NCBI RefSeq assembly: GCF_009914755.1
Contig: NC_060925.1
Source: the human T2T-CHM13v2.0 reference genome, Homo sapiens
Length of the DNA stretch: 64,000 nucleotides
Reading direction: 5' to 3' (one strand)
The notes beneath the pieces were generated by a model. That model was not told the origin of the DNA. It worked only from the letters and a program-made list of their open reading frames with translations, and did not search any database. Position numbers and translations under genes: made by a program. Below are positions 1 through 64,000 of the stretch, piece by piece; positions within the stretch are counted from its first letter, which is position 1; the number at the start of each line of letters is the position of its first letter.

Positions 1-1459
1 CATCATGGCTTCTGGGCCCCGGAGTATAGGGCCAAAAGACACGTTCATTCTAAACCCACAGGCAGCTGAAGACGCCTGGGCAACCCTGCTTAGCAAGAAG
101 GAAAGCTTGGGGAAGTCCAAGGCACCTGGGAAGAGAAGAACCAACCACCAACCGAACAGGCAGCTCTGCCAACACCCTTGGGACAGCATGATCCAGCCCC
201 GCCTCATGACTTCTGCTGGGTGTGAATCACGGAACAAATAAATTTTGGAAAAGAGAATCACTCAAGCCTGACAGAGGAGAATGTGAGGTGTCAGAGTTAT
301 TTTAAACCAACCTGAGGTACAAGTTTTATGGCAGTGTTACATGAACATAGCTCCAGGTTCAACCTTCAATTTGCGGTTGGAAGGACGCAATCACAGTCCT
401 AACCAGAAAAAGTAAAGTGATGAATCTGTGAGGTTGCAAACTGCCTGCAGCGCTCCAGTTTCCTGGCTTTGGCACTAACCGTCTCCCACTTCTAGCCCCT
501 CACCTCTACCCCAGCCCTGCCAACATCTCTCCTGACCAATATTGCTCTAACATAATAACAAGAACAATTACAACGTCAACAACTTGATGACAAATACCGG
601 GAACATTTGTTAATCTCATTAGGCACTAAATGAACATAAAATGCCACCATCAAAACAGCAGAAACAGAAACAAAAAAGAAAGTTTCTGGACAGGCCAGGG
701 TGAAGTGAACAGCCTCGTGTGTTAAATACAGAGGTGGGTTTTGATATCATCCTTTGGAAAACAGTTTCAAATATCAGGAGTTCAATCTCTAGGAAAATAA
801 ACAAAGAAGTAACTCTAATCAGACACAAATCTTTATTAGGGATTCATAATAGCAAAAAATCAGAATCAAGCTGGTCAAAATGTTAGAAACCTATGGGAAT
901 GAGTAGGATGCTCATATATTGCTCCATTTGATGCAATATATGAAACCTCTGAGGTCTTTATGGTAATGCGACAGATACCTTTCATGTTAAGTGAAAAAAT
1001 ATGGCTACAGAAGAAAATGATCCATGAAATGACAAAGAGCTAAACAAGAAAGTAGAAGTGGTCTAAGTGACGGTGGTTGTAGTAATCATTACCTATGGAA
1101 CAATTTCCATAGGTAATTAGGAATGATTTGCTTAAATTAGGCATGATTTGCTTTGACTGCATCTTTTAAGTTTTTAAAGTATGGAAAAAGAGGGAAGATC
1201 AGGTGTGGTGGCTCATGCCTGTAATCCCAGCACTTTGGGAGGCCCAAGCAAGCAGATCACTTGAGGTTAGGATTTCGAGACCATCCTGGCCAACATAGTG
1301 AAACCCCATCTCTACTAAAAATACAAAAATTAGACAGGTGTGGAGGTGGAGGTTGCAGTGAGCCGAGATCTCACCATTGCACTCCAGCCAGGGCGACAGT
1401 GTGAGACCCCATCTCAAAAAACAACAACAACAACAAAAACAAACAAACAAACAAAAAAC

Positions 1460-2380
<921 letters not shown>

Positions 2381-2503
2381 ACTATTAATAATAGTTTTGA
2401 AACAGTAATTGGAAAAAGTTAAAACAAAAACTATATAAAAGGCTGGGCGTGGTGGCTTGCACCTGTAATCCCAACACTTTGGGAGGCCAAGGTGGGTGGA
2501 TCA

Positions 2504-2902
<399 letters not shown>

Positions 2903-3362
2903 TTATAGTAAGGAGGGGGAAAAGGTTTCTAAACTTTTTAAAAGGAAACTATGGAACTCACTAATTCTACCATGCAAAATATGAGGTCTCCTTTGTGGAG
3001 TTTCCATCACCAGAAAGCAAAGTTCCAAAACTGGTGGCATTTTGAGTCTCCTCCAGTGGGTAGGGTAAGAACTTTGAACATTGTCAGGGAGAGGTGTCTT
3101 CTTCAAACTCCCAAATAATGAGCTGGTTGTTTCCCCCCAAAATAGAAGAAATTTATCTTTTAACTTAGTCTCTGCCAAGCTGGGGAAGCCTCCTTTCCCC
3201 AGGGAGGAAAGCAGATTCTGAGCCTATTCTCCACTGGCTGGGCCAGATACCAGTTGTCACCAGCACCAAGAAAGCCTCTCTCACATGGTTGCTATGGGCC
3301 CTTCACATCCAACTGTCCAATGGTGGAGGAAAAGTCTTGGACATTGAGCCAGCTTGGGTCTA

Positions 3363-4126
<764 letters not shown>

Positions 4127-4427
4127 TATGGTTTGGTGCTGTCTTTGTGATAGCGAGTGAGTTCTTGTGAGATCTGGTCATTTAAAAGTGTGTGGCACTT
4201 CCCCAGGCTCGCTCTCTCTCTTGCTCCTGCTTTCGTCCTGTGAAGTGTCTGCATTCTGCTTCACCTTCCACCATGACTGAAAGCTCCCTGAGGCTTCACT
4301 AGAAGCCAAGCGGATGCCAGCACCATGCTTCCTGTAAAGCCTGCATGAGCCAATGAAACCTCTTTCCTTTATAAATTACCCAGTCTCAGGTATTTCTTTA
4401 TAGCAAGGCAGGAAGAGCCTAATATAC
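4127..4427 (+). mobile_element. MST-type MaLR LTR fragment (3' part)
   Basis: gtgagttcttgtgagatctggtcattt...aaacctctttcctttataaattacccagtctcaggtatttctttatagca...cctaata. Confidence 0.75.
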
Positions 4428-7212
4428 TACCCAATTTTAAGATTTATCATATAGCTACAGTAATCAAAATTGTGTTGTATTATTGGAGGAACAGACACAG
4501 ATCAATGGAACTGCATATAGAACCTGGAAATAGCCCCACACATGTATGCCCAATATGTACAATTTTTGACAAAGATGCAAAAGCAATTCAATTTTAATTT
4601 GTTGAAAGAGAGTCTTTTCAACAGACGATGCTAGAGGAAGGAATGTATCTTAAAATAAATAGTGTCATAAATTCAGTAAAATACAGTATTTCTTGTGCAC
4701 CTACTCTGTGCTAGGCCCTGTCCTAAGCACTAGGGAGATAACAGTGAGCAAAGCAAAGTCCATGCTTTCATGTCACTCACATTCTCATGGTCTTGGTCCC
4801 CAGGAGAAATCCTGGGTGCCAGAGAAGAAATGTAAGCACCTGGTGTCAAGGGTTGGGTAGGAGCCAGTTCCAGAAAGGGAATGCAGAGACATTTGCCTTC
4901 ATCTGACTGGTCCCCTTCCTTTTCTCAAAGGTGGCAGAGGGGAAGGTTGCAGGCTTTTGATGCAGATAGATTTGGGCTCCATCTCCTGTCTCTGCCCCTA
5001 ATGTGCTACTCATCTGTCAATGACTGACATTCACTGGGTTAGTGTATTGTTCACATGAATGGGCTCCAGTGCAGGGCAGGGCCTGGCACATGTTAGAGTC
5101 ATGATTATGCCCTTGTGTGCCCATGAATCCTTCCAAAACCTAGAAGGATTCTGCAAGGGAGAGAAAGGAGAGATGCTGGGGGCAGGGAAGAGCTGTGTGA
5201 ACAGAGAGGAGAAAAGACTGCCCCTGCAATACACACAGCAGGCAGGGGGCTCCGGGATGAACACTTTGCAGGAGGAAGGATTTTCTTTTTTTTCTTTTTT
5301 TTTTTTTTTTGAGACGGAGTCTTGCTCTGTCACCCAGGCTGGAGTGCAATGGCATGATCTCGGCTCACTGCAACTTCTGCCTCCTGGGCTCAAGTGATTC
5401 TTCTGCCTCAGCCTCCCGAGTAGCTGGGATTACAGGTGCCTGCCACTACGCCCAGCTAATTTTTATGTTTTTAATAGAGACAGGGTTTCACCATGTTGGT
5501 CAGGCTGATCTTGATCTCCTGACCTCAGATGATCCACAGGAGGAGGGATTTTCTAGTTTCAGCCAGCCTGGATGATCTAGACATGCTCCAGTGTTCTGCT
5601 AGAAGTCATGAATTCAGAGAGGCTGAGAGACCAGGGTTCTTTGTGCTGGAAGGGTCTTCAGAACTCATTGGCCAAGTGACCTGGCCTGGGGGCAGCTGCA
5701 TAGCCCTAGAGTGGACGAGGATGCAGGGGCTTGGGAGTTAGGCCATGCAAAATTAAACGCAAGTGTCACCACTTCCTTCTGCGTAACCTTGAGTGGTTAC
5801 CTAACTCCTCTGAGTCCTCTGAGACTCGGTTTCCTCATCTGGAAAACGGGGAGAGATGTTAATGTTGCTGTGAGGATTAGAGATGATGCATGTTAGGACC
5901 TGGCATAGGTCAGGGCTACACCAGGGCATAGCATGTTGGATGAAGCCAAATTTGAAACCCCCCTAGAGGCCGTGTGACCTTGAGCCTGGTGCTTCACTCT
6001 TCTGTAGAAATGAGATTGTACCTGTTGCCCCACTTAATGGTGAGAATTAGAAATAATAGAGCCCAAGGACCTAGTGACAGGTAAACACATAGCAGGCGTT
6101 AATAGATGGTGGTCTCTATTATCACCCTGGGTGCTTCTACATTTATGTTAAACAAAGCCTAGGTTAGCTTCTAAGCGAGGGCCAGGCACTTAGGAGGCAT
6201 TCGGTGAATATTTGTTGAATGAACAGCTCAGTGTTGGGAATGAACTGTACTTATGCATGAATAATGCTGAAGCAAGAGCTAGGCCATCTGCTGTAAGAAC
6301 AGCACTGCACTATACCCAGACACAGAGCCACTGGGAGAGTCCTCTGACCCTAATTCCTTTCCCCCAAATGATGTCATTGCAATCAACTGGAGCAGCCTAG
6401 CCAGCCAGTCTCTGAGACAGGAGCTCAGGTGGCCTTAGCCCTCTGGGCCCCAAATGCCTAGAGGGTATTTGGCAACACTCAGAACACCCTTGCTTCCTCT
6501 ACGTGAGCTGGGCTGGTGATTCTGCCTTTCAGCAGGAAGAGAGGCCTCTTCCTCCAGGGTTTCTGGCCTGGATCCTGAGATGCTCACCATGTATAAGAGA
6601 GTTCACTCCCCAACCCCAAAGGTCCCCTTTGGGCTCTGAAAGGGTTAATGCCATCAGCAAAAGAAACAGCCAGGCTGGGTTCTCAGGGATCTTCACAGGA
6701 TCCTGTCTGGGTCAAGTACTGGGCTGGGTGCTGGGAACACAAACAGCCACGGCGTTAAGCCACCAGTGTTGAGTGACAAGTCTAGGCACTGGCCTTGCTC
6801 TCAGGCTAGCTGGGGGATGGGCATTTAAACACAAGGTGTGGCAAATCTCAGGAAAAGAATGAAGCGCTCTGCCAAAAAACTAAAGAGGGGCAAAGATGAA
6901 TCTACAACATCCCTGCAAATAACCACAGACACGGGCACAAGTGATGCATCGCTGCATGGTTTACGACACTGAAAACTTGCAGACAGCCCCCATGTCCAAC
7001 AGCAGGGGAGCAGCCATGTCAGGATGCAGCTGGAGCTGCAGGCACAGGTGGGGCACGCGCCAGCCCCAAGTCTGTTGGCCTCTCATTCCACTGCCCTTGG
7101 CTCCTGCCCTCAGCCCTGCCCATCACAGAGCCCGTGGCCCTTGTTCCACTGTGAGTGACCAAGTGTGTTTCTACAAAGAGGCTTTGCTTCCAAAGTGCAG
7201 CCGTTTTCCTTC

Positions 7213-7213
<1 letters not shown>

Positions 7214-7251
<38 letters not shown>
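7214..7251. repeat. (TG)n microsatellite ~3 kb upstream of TSS
   Basis: direct read. Confidence 0.95.
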
Positions 7252-7254
<3 letters not shown>

Positions 7255-7319
7255 AAACCTAGTTTTGCATTGCTCCCTGTGTAATTGCAAATAGCATGCA
7301 TTCTCTTTTGCATCTCCTC

Positions 7320-8385
7320 TCCCTCATCACTCCCCTGGGTCTCTGGTGGAGGACCCCAGGGCTCATCCCTCGGCCTATCTCTCTTCCCTATCCTCACTCA
7401 TTCCCTAGGGGAGCTGGAGATGTTGACATCTCACTGTTTTATCCTTTTCAGCCTGGTCCTGTCTCTTAAGCTCCGGAATCATGTGTTCAAACGTCCTACA
7501 GGGCATCATCACACCAAATGACACTTGGCAAAGCCAGGACCAAACTCCTGATCTCCACCATGCCCACCCCCCGCCCTTCCCTCAGCCTTCCCTGCCCAGC
7601 TGCGGGCAGCCCCATCCCTCCAGGGCCTCAGGCTCCAAACTGCGGTGTCCTCCTCCATCCCTCTGTCTTTCTTAACACCCCTCATCCAGTCCCTCTGCAA
7701 CTCCTATTGGCTGTATTGCATCACAAAATGTCCAGAACCTGACCCATCCTCCCCTCCTCCACTGCCACCACCCTAGCCTGAGCCCCACCGTCTGTCACCG
7801 GCCTGTGTGCAGCGGCCACCTCACAGGTCTTCTGGCCTCCTCCCGGGTCCCCTACAGTCTGTTCTCACATCACAGCCAGAGTGATCACGTTCAAGCAAGT
7901 TGGTTCGCGGTCCTTCTCTGCTCAAAATGACTCCAGGCTCCCCACGTTACTTGGAGCAGAGGCCAAAGCTCTTAGGATGCCCGAAAGGCCCTATATGATC
8001 GCACCCCGCCCTGGGCTGCTCTCCCCCTCCCTCACTGCATTTCAGCCACACTGGCCTCTTTGCTCTTTCTTGAACCCGCCAGGCATGTCCCTGCCTCAGG
8101 GCCTTTGTACCGATTGCACTGGCTGTTCTCTTGACTTGGAACCTTCTCCCTGTGTTCCTGGTGGCCTTTACCCTGTCCTTTTTCCTTTTTCTACCCCACT
8201 AACATACGATAGAATCCACTTACTGCATTTATTGCTTACTGGCTGTCTCTCTCCCAACAAAAACAAACAAACAAAAAGGCTCTATGAAGGCAGGATTTTT
8301 GTCCACTTTGTTCACAGCGTATCCACGGTGCCTGGAACAGTGCCTGGCCATCAATAGGCACTCAGTCAGTATTTGTTGAATTAAC
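7320..8385 (+). mobile_element. L2 3' fragment
   Basis: pyrimidine-rich L2-like text ending cctggaacagtgcctggc...taggcactcagtcagtatttgttgaat. Confidence 0.7.
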
Positions 8386-9919
8386 AAAACTGCTTTGGGG
8401 CTCGTCCTCTTTGTGGCTCGTTCACAGCAAATTTAAACCCCAAACTGCTGAAGAAAATAAGAAAGAAAAGAAGGAACAGAAGAAAACAACCTCAAGAGAC
8501 CTAAGACTTGGGGTAGAGGCCAGCCCTCCCTCTGATTTGCTGTGTGACCGTGGGCAGGTCCCACTCCCTTTCTGTGCTTCAGTCTCCCCTTCTGCAAAAC
8601 GAGGACTGGATTGGGTGTTCTCTAAGGGCCCTCCCAACTCTAACAATGGACAGCTCCCTCCTGCCACTTCCCAGTAGAAGCTCAAACTAGTTCTAATCAT
8701 GCGGTCAGCCAGAGAAATTGGGTTTATTAACACTGTGTGCAGGCAGTCATGTAGATGCGTCAGAACGTCGGACCTGGCCACATCATCATCTGCTGGTACA
8801 GAAGATAAGTTTTGAGCCCAGAGAAGGTGGTCTGAATCCAGATCCCCACTGTAGGGCTTATGAGACCTTGGGGGTCTCACTCAATCTCTCTAAGTCTTTG
8901 TGGTCTCATCTACACATGGGCATCCTGATAGGACGCACTCCATAGGGATGTTGAGATGAGGCAGGATTTGAACTAAAGCCTGTTTGATCCCACAGCCTGA
9001 CTCTGAATTAATGAGGCAAATTCTTTGCTTCAAAGCCAAAGCAAGCAAACAAAAAACAAACACAAGATATCCAACCCACGAAACACTCTATGTTCACGCC
9101 AGACTCCCATGCATGCACCCTTTGAGTGCTCCTTGTTGGGACCCATCCACCACCCCCCAGTTGCCTCATTAAAGGCAGAGCCTGGCACCAATGGCCCAGG
9201 TGCAACCACAGCTCTGAGGCCACATGGGCATCCCCCTGGCAGGCGTGGCCCACACCTGCACTGTCTGGTCTGACACCCAGAGGCCCTGGCAAGAGGCAGG
9301 TATCCTGGAGCATGCAGAGAACATCAACTTCCATGCCAGGAAGCTCATCTTCTCTTCCCAGCTCTGCCGCATTCTAGCTCTGGCACCTTGGGCAAGAGCT
9401 AGTCACTTTTACTCTCTGAGCCTCAATTTTCCTTCTGTAAAATGGGTTGTAATACTAAGCCCATATACACCTTGTATTGTAGCGAGATGTAGCTGTGATA
9501 CAGTCTGGAAAGCACGTGTCATATAGACAGGCAGCTAATGAATCTCACACTCTGGAACTGGACACCTTTGGTTCCAATTCTGGCCCTACCACTCTCGAGC
9601 TGTGGAAGAACTGCACCTCCGTTTTCTCCTCTGTAAAATGGGTATAATAATGGCACCAACCTCAGAGGGCTGCTGTGAGGGTGAAATAAGGGGATAATGG
9701 TATGATCTAGTTCACGGGTTTGTCGTAATGAGCTATTCTATGTGAAGTGCAGGAAAACGTGCCTGGCATAGAGAATGTGAGCTGTCATGTGGGTGGCCCA
9801 GGTGGAGAGACTTGTCCCAAGCCTGGTTGGTCTTTGAACGTGTAGCCTGGCCTGTGACTGCTTACCTAAAATCTCCCCGCTTTTCCCACCTTCTCCTCTC
9901 TGATATGCCTGTTTGACAT

Positions 9920-10280
9920 AGGTGAGATTGGATAGATCAAGGTGTTCAGGGCCTCTAGGCAGGGATGGGACTGTGGGCATGAGGACCAGGACCCAACCCC
10001 TCAGCCCCACTCTCCACCCCAGGCTTTCTGAGCCATCCATCCTTCCCAAGAAACTGACAGAGCCACCCTGCCACTGGTACCAGCATTGACACCCATCTAG
10101 AGGTCCGAGGGGCAGCCCCAGGGCAGAGGAGATTTTGAGAGCCCACACCCCTGACCTGAGTGGGGAGGGGTTGAGCCTCTGGGCCACAGACCGCAGGTGC
10201 TGACTCATGGCCTCTGCTGGGCGATATAAAGGAACCAGCCCAGGGGCTTCCTACAGCCAGAGGGACGAGCTAGCCCGACG
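9920..10280 (+). promoter_or_regulatory. PADI4: PADI4 core promoter and 5' UTR
   Basis: TATAAA 10225-10230, about 28 nt upstream of a likely TSS at ~10253-10255. AP-1 TGACTCA 10201-10207, GGGGAGGGG Sp1-like 10162-10170, inverted CCAAT (ATTGG) 9927-9931, TGACCT nuclear-receptor half-site 10152-10157. Confidence 0.85.
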
Positions 10281-61359
<51,079 letters not shown>

Positions 61360-61569
61360 GTGAGGAGGTGGCGGCTTTAAAACCCCAGGGTGTGGCATGG
61401 AGGTAGCTCAGCCCGAGAGGCCAGTGGGGCACCCGGGCGGTCCCAGAGGGCTTGGCTCCTCTCTGTAACCGTTTGTAGCTTTGTCCTGAGTGGTACAAGG
61501 TCAGACGTGACCAGGTCCATGCACGTTGGTGTCTTTCCACAAGGTCAGGCTTCTACTGATGCTATTTCC

Positions 61570-62480
<911 letters not shown>

Positions 62481-64000
62481 GGCTTGCATGGCCCTGTACC
62501 ACTTCCAGAGCACCTTCTGGTATCTCACAACAATTCCAGAAGTCAGAGTCTATCGTCGCTTCTGCCAGGGCTCTGGCTTCAAACCCCATGCCGTAACTAC
62601 CATGCTGCCTTCCCACGTAGCACCTTCCCTGGGGCTCCGGGGTGATGCAGGGGATGGAGGGATGGATAGGGAATCAACCAACAAACACGACACCCTCAAG
62701 TCACCTTATGCACCATAACAGGGACACACGTGGGGGCACCACCTCAGACTGGAGGGTCCGGGAAGGCCTCTGTGAGGAGGTGGGGCTGGCACTGCCTAGG
62801 CTGAGTGGGATTCACCTTCTGGAGGCTGCACTTGTGGGTGGTCCCACCTTTGTCTTGAGCGTTCACCGTGGCCCCTATGTGCTGTCTTGATATCATCCAT
62901 TGTGTTTTTGCCATTCCTTGGCCCCATTCCTCCCTCTCTTCAGAGCATACCCGAGACCGAGGCAGAGACTTCACCCGGTCCTACTGGGGAACCCCAGCCA
63001 CCCCCTTCTTCTGGAGCTGGGGGTTACAGTTCAGGGAGGAGCCAGCAGGCCCTACCACCGTGGTTTTCAAACTGGGTTCCCACTCAGCCTAGGCAGTGCC
63101 AGCCCCACCTGGGGCTCCGGGGTGGTGCCTCAAATCCAGTGGTTCAGATTTTCTGTTTCTGCATTGACATTCTGCAAAAGATTGTGTGTAGAATAAAGGG
63201 TTCCTTGGCCAAAAGGAATTAAAGTATTGACCCCAAGCGTTTTGTTTCCCTCCAGTTTGGCCAAGCCAGGCTTCCCAGTGCGGGAATGAAAGTGGACGCC
63301 CGCAGCTATGGTAGTCAGCAACGCTGAGGGCTGACTGTGTGCCTTCACTGTTCAAGGTCCCCAGAGGGAGTCTGAGCATGAGACCAGACTCTCTCCCAGG
63401 AGCTGGCTGTGGGAGGCGGGGAAGAGGGAGTGATGAACAGTACGAGGCACTTAGCACGCATGGGCTGTGTCTAGGCGGTGGCCCCCTTGAGGACCCATGA
63501 CCCATGGAAAATGGCTGTGCATCTACTGTGTGCCAGCACAGTGCTGTGCCTACATGTTCTTACCTAATTGTCATTGCAACGGAGATATGTGTTGGGCTCA
63601 TTTTGCTGATGAGGCTCAGAGGGGTGATATGACTTGCCTAAGGCCACACAGCTATTGAATAGCAGAGTTAGGATTCAAACCCACATAGGCCTACAGCCAA
63701 AATCCCACCTTCCCACCTCACCAGGCCACCTGCCAATCTAATGGAGGAAGCAGAGTCATTTACATACATTATTTACATATGGAAAGTGCCATAACAGAGG
63801 CAGTCATTTATCTGTCTAGTCAACAGATGTTTATTGAGTGCCTACGACGTGCAAGGCGCAGTGCTGGGAGTTATGGGAACACAGAGCAGGAGTGACTGCC
63901 AGAGCTCAGGGATTCATGGGCAGTTTCACAGAGGGGCTGCCATCTGAGCTGGGCCCTGAGTAATAGAAAGAGTTTACCAGAAGGTGACAGGTAGGGGAGG

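Overview
Human (primate) genomic DNA containing the promoter and exons 1-15 of PADI4 (peptidylarginine deiminase 4, PAD4) on the + strand. I reconstructed the spliced CDS by hand from GT-AG junctions: 15 exons, 1758 nt, codons 1-586, in frame throughout. The last exon, which holds the catalytic Cys645 and the stop codon, lies beyond the window. About 10 kb of upstream intergenic DNA and the introns are dense with Alu, L1, L2/MIR, MaLR and ERV LTRs and DNA transposons; almost all ORFs in the supplied track are Alu-derived or chance ORFs. I found no demonstrably new gene system. The best leads are: (1) a sense-oriented retrocopy of what I recognise as the histone H3.3 (H3-3A/H3F3A) 3' UTR, with its ATTAAA retained, in intron 13; (2) a perfect 33-bp inverted plus 17-bp direct templated-insertion scar in intron 15; (3) a full-length sense THE1 element just before exon 9 that could drive a catalytic-domain-only isoform; (4) a near-consensus p53 element cluster and a GAS-bearing MER41 in intron 1; (5) a Ser242 codon where I recall Gly, on a Gly55/Val82/Gly112 haplotype; (6) a G4-prone 34-bp minisatellite. 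Repeat family names and reference alleles come from memory and need RepeatMasker/BLAST/dbSNP confirmation.
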